IMG/VR virus record: IMGVR_UViG_3300032295_002162
Span: 1 to 60,063 of that record
Source of the DNA: a virus
Taxonomy: Duplodnaviria; Caudoviricetes
Length of the DNA: 60,063 bases
Direction: 5' to 3' (one strand)
Shown here: positions 45,739 to 55,454 of the stretch, in pieces
Layout: every line of letters starts with the position of its first letter
How positions within the stretch are numbered: position 1 is the first letter of the stretch
The notes under the pieces: generated by a model
What the model saw: the letters and a program-made list of their open reading frames with translations, nothing else
The model's database searches: none
Told to the model about the DNA's origin: nothing
Program-made: the position numbers and the translations under genes

Positions 45739-48261
45739 TTAAAATGCGAAAAATTGTTCTGCTGTTTTTTGTGATGATAGAACAGCTCCCCATCCTAATG
45801 CTCCATAGAAATCTTCTAATTTCTTAAGTAATTCTCTTTCAAAAATTTTATCATAATCAATGTAGGTTCTTACCAAATCCATTATTTCGGTTGGGTCATT
45901 ATATCCATTAAATCCTACCGCATCCAATCCAAACGGATTTTGCTTCAAATACACCCACTTAATCTTATCACCATCCTTCATTGGTTCGTATTGATTTTGA
46001 ACTCCATAATGAACTAATAATTGATTGTAAGCGATTGCTGCTTTAACGTGCGCCGGAGTTCCACTATTGAATTGGAACATTGCTCTATTATCTTTCTTCT
46101 TTGGAATGTATTTAGATAATTCTTTTACTGCTGAGTTCTTAGCAATAGAAGTTACCTCCATATTAACCAAATCCTTTTTGAAATCATAGATTTTATCAGT
46201 TAATACCATTTCAGTTTCACCTTGTAGAATTGAAATAAGAATACTACTCATAAACTTACGGAATTGTGCGGGATATGATGAACGAACCACATCCAATCCT
46301 TTAACTTGCAACGTATCACATGGAATACCATTCTCTGCAATAATCCATTGAGCGTATCGTTTCTTAGCAATCCAAATACCACTTCGGCTTACAAATTCTT
46401 TTTTGATTTGGAATCTATGTTTTGTTTTATCAACATTGAATACCTTCACAGATAAAACATCGTAGAAATTATTTAAGAAATCTTGCGTTTCTCCAGCAAT
46501 AGCATCCACCTTTTGTGCAATTTCTTTATCATCATCATTTTTCCAATCTTTATATCTATGATTTAAAATAGGAACTGCTGAAAAGAATACGGAGTCCGTA
46601 TCAATGTAGATATTAAAATCTTCACCTTTAGTTCCTAACTCTTTATTGTATTTGATGTTAGCCATATCAGCCGTAGATTTAATTACAGTCTGACCTGTTA
46701 GGGTTACAGCCTCAGCGTTATCTACATCATAGAATCGGAAAGCAGGTAATCCTAATACTCCATATAGGGAGTTCAATAAGATTTTCTGCACCAATTGTCT
46801 TTTCTTATAGAATGCGTATTTTTCTTTATCACCACTTTCACCATATTTCTTTTCCAATGCTCTAAACTCCACACGTTGCTTAAACCATAAATCCAAAATA
46901 TCAGGAATACAACCAGGCTTATCGGTGTTATAAAGAACACCATTCGATGCTACTGAGTATTTACTCTCATCTAATAGTTTTCTTAGGTTTTCGTTTGTGA
47001 TAGTTTTACCATTGATTACATAAGAATCCACTTCGTTTTTTACAAACTTTTGTGCATCCCAATTTTCAATTTTACCAACTTTAGTTTCCGGTGAAATATT
47101 AATGGTCATAATGATTGATGGATATAGTGATGTTAAATCCAAGTCATATATCCAATCATACTTACCAACGATAGGTGCTTTAACATATGCTCCAATGAAC
47201 TTTTCTTGCTCATTATCTCTTAATGCCTGCATCATCTCTTGCCTATCCGCAGGTTTGTTAGGTGCTACAATATCTCTACGTTTTAGATAACATAAAAGTG
47301 CTCCTTCCAAATACTTTGATGAATAAACGAAATCTTCATATGGAACGTGTCCTGCGTGACAGATACCTCTAGCCGTATCAATAAACTGCAACTTAGCATC
47401 CATATCTACAACCAATTGAACGTCTACCAAGTTATACTCAATAAACTTTTCAATATCTTGGCTGAATAATAAATCTAAATTACCACTATATTCAATCTTA
47501 CCTCTACCCAATTCTTTCATAGCTATACTATCCAAACGATAGTTATCCAATTCAGAATATGTAAAGTTTTTGTAAAGTGAAAGGTAATCCAAATAAGATA
47601 CACCAGCCATAAAGAATCTCTTACGATATGGTGACCAAAAACACTCACCAATTGGTGATAATCTATTAGCGTGCTTTTGCCCTACTACTCTTTTAATACG
47701 ATTGTATAGATACGGAGTATCAAAGTAATCAATGTTCCAGCCCGTAACAATAGATGGATTAATATATTCATACAAATCCAAATACTTCATAATCATATCC
47801 CTCTCATCTCTAAAAGGAATAACGTGTGCTTTTTCAGTTTTACTTTCCTTCATCTTACCACCCTTATCCATAATCAATACATAATATTGATTTGTGGCAG
47901 AATCATGCAAACCGATAGCCGTTAATTCATTCTCAGCTTTTTCAACATCAGGCAAACCCGTTTCCATTTCAACCTCAATATCATAAGTTAGGATAACGTG
48001 TCCATCTGATGGTATATCGGAATCAGTATAAGTATCAACTAATACTCTCGTTGTTTCAGGAACATCCGATTCAAATAAATCGGCATCATCTTTTTTAAAC
48101 TTATAAATTTTTGTTACTTTGTCTCCATATAAAGTTGTATATTCACCTCTTTGTGCTTTTTCATAAGCGTATCGGGTGTATGGAAATGTGCGGTATCCTT
48201 GTTTATCATCCCATAGATGGACTAAATTCTTTTCTCTCTGATAGTAAACGTTTTGATACAT
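45739..48261 (-). CDS. Family B DNA polymerase
   Basis: DIE, GWNIDYFD, YNLVD, DLTSLYPSI, KILLNSLYG, YIDTDS, KKRY. Confidence 0.97.
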   Translation of the reverse strand: MYQNVYYQREKNLVHLWDDKQGYRTFPYTRYAYEKAQRGEYTTLYGDKVTKIYKFKKDDADLFESDVPETTRVLVDTYTDSDIPSDGHVILTYDIEVEMETGLPDVEKAENELTAIGLHDSATNQYYVLIMDKGGKMKESKTEKAHVIPFRDERDMIMKYLDLYEYINPSIVTGWNIDYFDTPYLYNRIKRVVGQKHANRLSPIGECFWSPYRKRFFMAGVSYLDYLSLYKNFTYSELDNYRLDSIAMKELGRGKIEYSGNLDLLFSQDIEKFIEYNLVDVQLVVDMDAKLQFIDTARGICHAGHVPYEDFVYSSKYLEGALLCYLKRRDIVAPNKPADRQEMMQALRDNEQEKFIGAYVKAPIVGKYDWIYDLDLTSLYPSIIMTINISPETKVGKIENWDAQKFVKNEVDSYVINGKTITNENLRKLLDESKYSVASNGVLYNTDKPGCIPDILDLWFKQRVEFRALEKKYGESGDKEKYAFYKKRQLVQKILLNSLYGVLGLPAFRFYDVDNAEAVTLTGQTVIKSTADMANIKYNKELGTKGEDFNIYIDTDSVFFSAVPILNHRYKDWKNDDDKEIAQKVDAIAGETQDFLNNFYDVLSVKVFNVDKTKHRFQIKKEFVSRSGIWIAKKRYAQWIIAENGIPCDTLQVKGLDVVRSSYPAQFRKFMSSILISILQGETEMVLTDKIYDFKKDLVNMEVTSIAKNSAVKELSKYIPKKKDNRAMFQFNSGTPAHVKAAIAYNQLLVHYGVQNQYEPMKDGDKIKWVYLKQNPFGLDAVGFNGYNDPTEIMDLVRTYIDYDKIFERELLKKLEDFYGALGWGAVLSSQKTAEQFFAF

Positions 48262-49403
48262 TAATTGCTTAGTTGTTTGTGTAGTTCTTTAATCATTTTA
48301 TCTTCATTTGTAGAAAGTTCTTTTGCTCTTTCAATTGCTTTTAGATTTAATTCATTACGATACACATCATCATCTAAAATTTTATCTAAGATTTCAAAGA
48401 ATTCTTTTTTGTTTTTCCAAAATATTCCGTTAGGGTCTATTTCTCTATAACAATCAGATTCTTGCCAAACCATTGGAGTTCCGTTCATCATACAATCAGT
48501 TCCACTAACACTCCAACCATAATTAGATTGCCTCATCTGAACTCCTACCATACAATCTTGTAATCTTTGGTAGTATTCATGCTTTGGTGATTTTGTATTG
48601 TCAATCCAAGAATGAGTAGCACTACCTTTTAGTTGTGGAATCCAAACTACGAAATCTTGTCTTTGTTGACGATATTCTTCCATTAATTCAATAAACTTCG
48701 GATAACCTTTATATGCAGCAGGTCTATGATTGAATACAATAATTTTTCTTTTGGTTTCCGATGGTGCGTTTACAATTTTTGTTTCTTCAACACCCAAATT
48801 CCAAACTGTAAGAATACTATCTAATTTTTGAACAAATTCATCATTGAATATTTCTTTTGCTTCTAATAAAACTCTATTCTTTTGGTCTTGAGTATTAAGG
48901 TAGCAAGTTTCCATTTGTGAAATACCCAATAGTTCTATTGGTAACCATAACCATTTTGCTTTTCCAGCTCTCCTATCGATACCATTACATGGTAGATGTT
49001 TAGAACCTTCAAACCAATGAGAATAACCAATTATTTTGGTTTCAAATTTAGCATACCTTCCAATTTGAGGCCAATCCGGCAGATGCGAATAAATCACATC
49101 ATATTCCGTATCAGTTAATACTTTAATCAAATCTACAGATGGAAATGCTCTTTGATTCATCATATCACCTGGTATGTGAATTTCAATTTGCTTTACATTT
49201 GGTAGGTTGAGTTTTTTAGTTACATTACCTTTCGGAACTAATACATTCCAAAAATAATCACCATACCTTTCCAATGCTTTAATGTGATTATGAATTACAT
49301 CAATAAATGAATCCTTTTCAATATCTGAAGAATTTGTTATATTTGGTATAACTAATACCTTCTTAGCGTTTTTATAATCTATACTATCCCAAAATTGTAT
49401 CAT
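48261..49403 (-). CDS. GT-B fold glycosyltransferase coupled to the polymerase
   Basis: IVFNHR...YKG...GWSVSGTDCMMNGTP; stop overlaps the PolB start. Confidence 0.7.
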   Translation of the reverse strand: MIQFWDSIDYKNAKKVLVIPNITNSSDIEKDSFIDVIHNHIKALERYGDYFWNVLVPKGNVTKKLNLPNVKQIEIHIPGDMMNQRAFPSVDLIKVLTDTEYDVIYSHLPDWPQIGRYAKFETKIIGYSHWFEGSKHLPCNGIDRRAGKAKWLWLPIELLGISQMETCYLNTQDQKNRVLLEAKEIFNDEFVQKLDSILTVWNLGVEETKIVNAPSETKRKIIVFNHRPAAYKGYPKFIELMEEYRQQRQDFVVWIPQLKGSATHSWIDNTKSPKHEYYQRLQDCMVGVQMRQSNYGWSVSGTDCMMNGTPMVWQESDCYREIDPNGIFWKNKKEFFEILDKILDDDVYRNELNLKAIERAKELSTNEDKMIKELHKQLSN

Positions 49404-49412
49404 ATTAATTTT

Positions 49413-51437
49413 TTATTTTTGTTTTTGTTCCGCAATATGTTTTAATGCTGCTACGGTTTGTTTATATATGTATTCTGTTTGGTATTTATTCTTATACTTC
49501 TCTTGCGTTTTTGCAATCCAATCATACCATTCAGATACTTTTGTTATTTGCTTATCAGTAGCTCCATCATTTACATTATTTTGTAAATATCTTAATACTA
49601 AATGATGATGATTGGTATTTTCTAAATGCTCCAATGAAGTTCCAGGTAAAGGGTCTCCATCATTATCCCAACCAACACTTTGAGCTTCACCAGAAGAATC
49701 CAATTCAAACCATTGAAGTTTAGGTATTCCAAAACTTTGGAAACGTTCAATTTCTTTTTTAGTAGCTTTTATATTACTACCTTGATTTCCGGTTATTTTA
49801 TTAAACGTTTCTACAAACTTATTTATCAATTCAATATCAGTAAAGTGATGCGCTCTACCTAAATGAGATTTCGAACCCCTTTGGTCAGGTGAATTAGTTG
49901 TATCATTTTTTAAGCTTATCATTTCAGCAAATTCTGATGCCTTTATATAAACTGTTGCGGTTTTGGATTTCTTATCAATCTTAAATACATCATCACCAAA
50001 GAACACATCATTAAATGTTTGAATCAATCGTTTTGCGTTTAGAGTACAACCCTCATCATCCCATTTGTTAAACATTTTGTTATCATCAACTAAGATAGCA
50101 GCATATAGTGGATATAATGGGATACCAAATGTAGGATGTATTAATTCATTTATTTTGCTAACATCATATTCATTTTTATCAGCAAATTCAGCCAAATATT
50201 TAAGTCTTACTTTTAGTTTATCCAATTCAGCTTTAACCTCAGGTGAATATAGGTGTTTAACCATCGCCTTATTTAACTTAGTAGTTTCCTTTACCAAATC
50301 AGGAATTGCAGATACACCATAGTTACCACCTTTTTTTGTTTTATTATCCTTACCTTCCATAAATAAGGCAAGTGATGCAAAGTTATCTCTAATTGAAATG
50401 GTGTTTTTTGTGAAATCACCTTTTTTGAATATAGCTGTGGCCAATACTGGTAATATTCGGTATTCTTCTGCTTTACCTATTAACTTATTCTGATATTCTA
50501 ATATACTATCCCATTCATCACTCATCAAATTATCTTTAACATATTGAGTTAGCGGGTTTACATCAATCAAATCAGCAAATACAAAGTTAATGTTGTGCCA
50601 TTCATTGAATTTGTTATTGATATTTTTCAATTCATTTACAACAATATCAGATTTACCAATTACAATTGTAAAATGATGAGTTGAACCATTTAATAAATCA
50701 TCAACACCACTTTCACCCAACAATTTTGATATAGTAAACTTTTCACTAGCATCGGAGTTTTCCAATCGTTCTTTAATTTCCGAAAATTCTAAAGAATTGG
50801 ATGTTGCATCGGGATATTTGGTTTCAATATCATTTATTATTTCCAATACATCCTTTGATGAAATTTCGTTTTCATCAATAGTATTCATTTCTTCTATGTT
50901 TTGTTGAGTAAGATTGGAATTTGATAAGGAAGTGTACTGCTCTCTCATTAAATTTCTATGAAGAAATTCCATTAGATTGGAACGGTCATAATGTTCTAAT
51001 ACATTATCAGAAGTCCCATATCTACTAGCAATAGGAAATACATTAGTATCAGCCCAATCCATAGATAACAAAGTTAAGTATCTGAATTGATCTTTTACTT
51101 TATCCATTCCACCATTTTCAATTCTTTGTTCCTTTAACTTTTTACTTTTTGTAGAAGATAGAACCACTTCCGATGATAGATAATCTGGATTATAAGATTT
51201 CAATAAAGGGTTTAGTTTAATCATTCCCTTTACTTTCAATACAACAATACCTAAATCACTAGCCATCTTCTTTAAGAGATTAACTTCATTGAATAGTTTG
51301 TTGTAGTTTGATTCGGTTTTCACTGGGTCACAGTAGAAAGAGCCATCAAATTTGATTAATTCAAACTCAGTAGATTCAGCGATAGTACTTCCAAGCTCAC
51401 GTCTTAGTGTTCTTTGTTTTTTCATTTGTTTTTTCAT
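49413..51437 (-). CDS. Large hypothetical protein, 674 aa
   Basis: Long ORF with its own promoter; no confident family. Confidence 0.75.
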   Translation of the reverse strand: MKKQMKKQRTLRRELGSTIAESTEFELIKFDGSFYCDPVKTESNYNKLFNEVNLLKKMASDLGIVVLKVKGMIKLNPLLKSYNPDYLSSEVVLSSTKSKKLKEQRIENGGMDKVKDQFRYLTLLSMDWADTNVFPIASRYGTSDNVLEHYDRSNLMEFLHRNLMREQYTSLSNSNLTQQNIEEMNTIDENEISSKDVLEIINDIETKYPDATSNSLEFSEIKERLENSDASEKFTISKLLGESGVDDLLNGSTHHFTIVIGKSDIVVNELKNINNKFNEWHNINFVFADLIDVNPLTQYVKDNLMSDEWDSILEYQNKLIGKAEEYRILPVLATAIFKKGDFTKNTISIRDNFASLALFMEGKDNKTKKGGNYGVSAIPDLVKETTKLNKAMVKHLYSPEVKAELDKLKVRLKYLAEFADKNEYDVSKINELIHPTFGIPLYPLYAAILVDDNKMFNKWDDEGCTLNAKRLIQTFNDVFFGDDVFKIDKKSKTATVYIKASEFAEMISLKNDTTNSPDQRGSKSHLGRAHHFTDIELINKFVETFNKITGNQGSNIKATKKEIERFQSFGIPKLQWFELDSSGEAQSVGWDNDGDPLPGTSLEHLENTNHHHLVLRYLQNNVNDGATDKQITKVSEWYDWIAKTQEKYKNKYQTEYIYKQTVAALKHIAEQKQK

Positions 51438-51477
51438 TTAAACATTAATTAATATGGGTGCTCCGACCCGATTTATA

Positions 51478-51509
51478 CAAATATACGAATAATATTTGGA
51501 ATCGCCAAA
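51478..51509 (-). promoter_or_regulatory. Bacteroidota-type promoter
   Basis: TTTGG-N19-TATATTTG. Confidence 0.75.
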
Positions 51510-51510
51510 T

Positions 51511-51750
51511 CTACTTTCGTTTATTTTGTTTTTTTATAGTAGATAATACCCGTTCTCCATCTTGAATTCTCAATGCCTTTTCAACCAAGTGTTGTTCTAC
51601 ATTTGGAGTGTTATCAATAATTGGTTTTATCAATTCCATAACCTCATCCAGTGGTAGCCCATCCTCTAACATACGTCTAACCAACGATCCAATCATAGGA
51701 TTTGAAACCTCGTCTCTCATCCATTTTTCCATTTCTTCTTTACTTTTCAT
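51511..51750 (-). CDS. Hypothetical protein
   Basis: Packed ORF. Confidence 0.55.
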   Translation of the reverse strand: MKSKEEMEKWMRDEVSNPMIGSLVRRMLEDGLPLDEVMELIKPIIDNTPNVEQHLVEKALRIQDGERVLSTIKKQNKRK

Positions 51751-51761
51751 ATTATTTTGGT

Positions 51762-52058
51762 TTAACTATCTAACATTGGGAATTCTTCTTCTGCTACTTC
51801 TAATCCCATACGTCTATCTAAACAAGTAAGAACATAAGAGAATGCTGCACAACATCCACTATGGAATCCATGTTGCCAATCTGAATGTTCTCCTTCTAAT
51901 TCTGCAACTTCTTCCGCAAATTCTCTCTCTACTCTTTCTCTTGCTTCCTTTACACCTTTAATGTTGATATGCTCAGGCTTACTTCTTGCATACCATAGTA
52001 AATGGTTATACTTATCGTATTTTTTTGCAATGATTTCTTCTAATTCTTTTGTTTTCAT
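51762..52058 (-). CDS. Hypothetical phage protein
   Basis: LLWYARS...DWQHGFHSG...FPMLDS. Confidence 0.7.
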   Translation of the reverse strand: MKTKELEEIIAKKYDKYNHLLWYARSKPEHINIKGVKEARERVEREFAEEVAELEGEHSDWQHGFHSGCCAAFSYVLTCLDRRMGLEVAEEEFPMLDS

Positions 52059-52125
52059 AATTTGTAATTTTTATACTATTTTAACAATTGTATTTCAAAA
52101 AATCCAATGATTGTGGATAACTTTT

Positions 52126-53052
52126 TTAATTATTTTTGTATTTCCATACAAAACCTTTGTGTTGTAAACTTCCTTTTGTATTGTTTTGCCAGTTTAAACA
52201 TACATTTCTTATGCTCGATTTTGAAACTTTAAGAGTAGAATTATAATAATCATATATTTCAGCTAATCCATCCCAAAGTTTAATTTCCTTTCCATTTATA
52301 TCACATTGAATTATTTGAGGAGCATTTCTTCTTTTTTTAGCAGAGTTCTTAAATTTATAAATGGTAGTAAGTTCAAACTTTCTTCCCATTCTACTTTTAC
52401 TCATCTTCTCACAGGTTTCCTTTGGTAACTTTCTACCTTTTAATTTCTCAGAAATTTTCTTTTTAGTAGATTCTTTTTTAGGAACGCCTCTTTGTTTTAA
52501 TCCCAAATTAACCCAATGATTATTATCTTTACACCATTGTAACATTTTATCTTTAGCTTTATGTCCACCTAATGAACAAAATTCAGACATTTGTTTTGAA
52601 TCAAATGAAAACAGTCCATGCTTATTATCTCTATTTTTAGCCCCACCTACTTTACCACCTTTAGAACATATACTTTTTAATTGTCCTGTCTTAGCAGCTT
52701 CATTACCTCTTTTCACTGCATAATCATAATTTACATAGGTTAAAGCGCCATCACATTTATATTCCTTCCATAGTTCCTTTTTCTTATCATAAGCAGTATT
52801 GCTTGGGAATACACCTATTGGTTTAAACGTTTCTAAATTGAATTTGAATGGTGATATTTTTGAAGTAGCAATGTCTACCCATTTAGTTCCATGTATCTTT
52901 TTACTACCATCTTTAGTTTCTATGTAGTATAAAAGTATGTCATGCGATGATACCTTTGTAACATCTACAATTGCATTTAATACTTTATTTCCACCAATAG
53001 CTCCAAATAATAAAGCACCAATACTATTCTTAAGAAAGCTTCTTCTATTCAT
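52126..53052 (-). CDS. NUMOD3/NUMOD1 homing-endonuclease-like protein with a twin-arginine-like N-terminus
   Basis: MNRRSFLK plus hydrophobic stretch; ESTKKKISEKLKG and ETCEKMSKSRMG; IIQCDINGKEIKLW...IRNVC...KGFVWKY. Confidence 0.75.
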   Translation of the reverse strand: MNRRSFLKNSIGALLFGAIGGNKVLNAIVDVTKVSSHDILLYYIETKDGSKKIHGTKWVDIATSKISPFKFNLETFKPIGVFPSNTAYDKKKELWKEYKCDGALTYVNYDYAVKRGNEAAKTGQLKSICSKGGKVGGAKNRDNKHGLFSFDSKQMSEFCSLGGHKAKDKMLQWCKDNNHWVNLGLKQRGVPKKESTKKKISEKLKGRKLPKETCEKMSKSRMGRKFELTTIYKFKNSAKKRRNAPQIIQCDINGKEIKLWDGLAEIYDYYNSTLKVSKSSIRNVCLNWQNNTKGSLQHKGFVWKYKNN

Positions 53053-53053
53053 T

Positions 53054-53434
53054 TTATTTCTTTAGATTTAACCAAAACTTTTGTAAGTGAAGAAAATTAT
53101 CATAGGTATCACCATCTAAATTCATTTGATGTATTCTATCTAATTTAGTTTCAATAAATTGAATATCAGCATCTTTATAATTAGATTGAAATAATGACGT
53201 GTTGGTTTCATACTCTTCAATAAACCCATCAATTAGTGTCCACATTTTTTGAATAGCGGTTTTATGGTTGCCAGGCAGAGTAAACCTTTGTATGTGTTTT
53301 CTGAATTTACTATTAGGGTCAATAACCTTTTTAGCTATTTCTTTTTCTAATTGTTTTACACCTCTAAAACCAACCTGCCTTCCGGCGCCCATTGCTACAT
53401 TTTTAACTAATGTTCCTAAGAATGATTTTGCCAT
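53054..53434 (-). CDS. Hypothetical protein
   Basis: Packed ORF. Confidence 0.6.
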   Translation of the reverse strand: MAKSFLGTLVKNVAMGAGRQVGFRGVKQLEKEIAKKVIDPNSKFRKHIQRFTLPGNHKTAIQKMWTLIDGFIEEYETNTSLFQSNYKDADIQFIETKLDRIHQMNLDGDTYDNFLHLQKFWLNLKK

Positions 53435-53437
53435 AAC

Positions 53438-53857
53438 TTATTTATTTTGATTTGTAATTAAATTAACATACTTATTTTGCGAATGTTCATAACTTTTTTG
53501 TTTATTAACATATAACTTATCAATAAGCCTTCCAACCTTAATATACAATTTACCAACCTTTATATCCAACCATTCTCTGGTTTCATCGGATATATTAGTA
53601 TTATACTTAAAGTTCTTTAAATAAATCAATTGAAGATTTTTAACACAATAAATTCTTTCTTGCAAACCACCCTCAATTGGTAGTTTATTCATTGGTGGGA
53701 TTTGTAATCCAAATAAACCAAGTTCAATAAGTTCTGAATGGTTATGTCTTTCCATCTCATTGGATAGGAAATTTTTGAAATTAGGATTATCCGCCCTATC
53801 TATTTCAGATTTTAGGATATCGATAATTTCTTGTCTTAATACTTTCATAATTCTCAT
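53438..53857 (-). CDS. Hypothetical protein
   Basis: ORF directly after a promoter. Confidence 0.55.
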   Translation of the reverse strand: MRIMKVLRQEIIDILKSEIDRADNPNFKNFLSNEMERHNHSELIELGLFGLQIPPMNKLPIEGGLQERIYCVKNLQLIYLKNFKYNTNISDETREWLDIKVGKLYIKVGRLIDKLYVNKQKSYEHSQNKYVNLITNQNK

Positions 53858-53871
53858 CTTTTATTACATAA

Positions 53872-53903
53872 TAAAGATCAGAAAAATATCGCAATTTACC
53901 AAA
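53872..53903 (-). promoter_or_regulatory. Bacteroidota-type promoter, GATC variant
   Basis: TTTGG-N19-GATCTTTA. Confidence 0.6.
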
Positions 53904-53928
53904 TATTTTAGGGATTATTTTTGAGTTT

Positions 53929-54645
53929 TTATACCTCACAAAGCTTTGATTTCCAGTCTTTTACAAGCGGTTTTAAAAAAACTTTCTTTATAGGGGATTG
54001 GGTTACCACATAATGCTCCCTACCAACGGCATATTTCTTAATAGCCTCTTCGGGGTGGTTTCTAGCCATTTCACCCCTCTTAGAATCCTCCTTTTGCCAC
54101 AACAATAGTGGTGCCTTCTTAATGGAGTTTCCTAGAGTTTCACCAATCATAACCCAATTATCAGCCAAATATACCGCACCATTTCGTTTATTATCAGAAC
54201 CATCAATTAGGGGTTGAACAAATGTTTCTAACATTACCAATTCATCACCATATTTTTCCTGCCATCTTTTTGCACCAACTTCTCTTAATAATTTAAGAGC
54301 CATCGTTCCAACATTTTTAATACCATTATCTGGCACTAAACAAAACCTATAGTTATTTGCTACTTTATTTGAGTTTTTAAGACGAGTATCTTTATTCCAA
54401 CCAATCCAATTATCCCTAGCACCAATTGCTAATACGCAAGATGAAATACCAATTGCTCCAATTGGTTCACCATCAGCCGAACGATAAATTAGGTAATTGA
54501 TTCTTCTTTGTGGGACATCTTTATACTTCACATACGAATGATGTGTGTTTATTATATCTCTGAATATTTTTGTTTGAGATGGGTTTAAACACTCTTGTAA
54601 AAATATAGGATACTCATAAGAATTACTATAATCAAAAAATGACAT
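53929..54645 (-). CDS. DUF4338/DruA-like protein (Mom-related), short form
   Basis: HHSY, RINYLI, RDNWIGW, VANNYRFCL, WQEKYG, LETFV, GAVYLADNWVMIGET. Confidence 0.88.
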   Translation of the reverse strand: MSFFDYSNSYEYPIFLQECLNPSQTKIFRDIINTHHSYVKYKDVPQRRINYLIYRSADGEPIGAIGISSCVLAIGARDNWIGWNKDTRLKNSNKVANNYRFCLVPDNGIKNVGTMALKLLREVGAKRWQEKYGDELVMLETFVQPLIDGSDNKRNGAVYLADNWVMIGETLGNSIKKAPLLLWQKEDSKRGEMARNHPEEAIKKYAVGREHYVVTQSPIKKVFLKPLVKDWKSKLCEV

Positions 54646-54648
54646 TTA

Positions 54649-55122
54649 CTAAGAGTTTTTTGATTCCAAATACTCATAAAATTTGTTACTAGCAACCGAT
54701 TTGTTTTTTCTGAGTAATCCTTTCTCATTCATATCAACCAAATCATCTTTAGTGATTTCGATGAATGCTAATTCCGATAGATTTCGGAAATCAATTCCAA
54801 TATATGAATCTAATGAATCTAACTTTTCAGCGTAACCTTCTTCCGTTACACTTCTACCAAATCCAACTTCTTTAGATGAAGCGAAACTAATACCATGTGT
54901 GATACTTCTAACTTCAATTCTTTCTCCATTTACACCATCAACATCATAAGAACTTCCTTCACTTTTAGCTCTATTACCTCCCATTTTGTTGGCGTAAATA
55001 AACTCACCTAAACGTCCTACAATTCTACCATCATTAAAAAACTTAATGGTTTCCTCAACACTCAATCCCAATCCCTCAGCTACCTTTTCTAAATCCAATT
55101 GATGTTTTAACTTTTGTTCCAT
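54649..55122 (-). CDS. Possible PD-(D/E)xK restriction-endonuclease-like protein
   Basis: GRLGE...SYDV...IEVRS spacing. Confidence 0.5.
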   Translation of the reverse strand: MEQKLKHQLDLEKVAEGLGLSVEETIKFFNDGRIVGRLGEFIYANKMGGNRAKSEGSSYDVDGVNGERIEVRSITHGISFASSKEVGFGRSVTEEGYAEKLDSLDSYIGIDFRNLSELAFIEITKDDLVDMNEKGLLRKNKSVASNKFYEYLESKNS

Positions 55123-55150
55123 TTGTGTTTATCGTTTATCGTTTATATTG

Positions 55151-55182
55151 TAAAGATCTGAAAAATACCTGATATTTCCAAA
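55151..55182 (-). promoter_or_regulatory. Bacteroidota-type promoter, GATC variant
   Basis: TTTGG-N19-GATCTTTA. Confidence 0.6.
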
Positions 55183-55186
55183 CTTT

Positions 55187-55453
55187 TTACCAACTATTAT
55201 AGATACCAATTGCACCAACTATTAACCAAAATGTGTTCATTATGATATATGGTTTGTTATTTCGTTCCCAAGCACAATATGTTAGTAATACCGCATCAAA
55301 TGTATTAAATACCCACATCCAAAGGAATGGAGTATCCTTTCCCATTACAGATAACATACCAAATGTAGATATTCTTATAACTACACCAATACCCTCTAAT
55401 AACTCCAATATCTTGTCTGATTTAATCAGTTTACCTTTCGGTTGTTGTTTCAT
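55187..55453 (-). CDS. Small three-helix membrane protein
   Basis: Hydrophobic segments; MNTFWLIVGAIGI. Confidence 0.65.
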   Translation of the reverse strand: MKQQPKGKLIKSDKILELLEGIGVVIRISTFGMLSVMGKDTPFLWMWVFNTFDAVLLTYCAWERNNKPYIIMNTFWLIVGAIGIYNSW

Positions 55454-55454
55454 A

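Noticed and set aside
43755-54645. Druantia defence system
   Set aside because: Only DruA-like domains are present, with no DruE helicase or other dru genes, and the context is phage replication.
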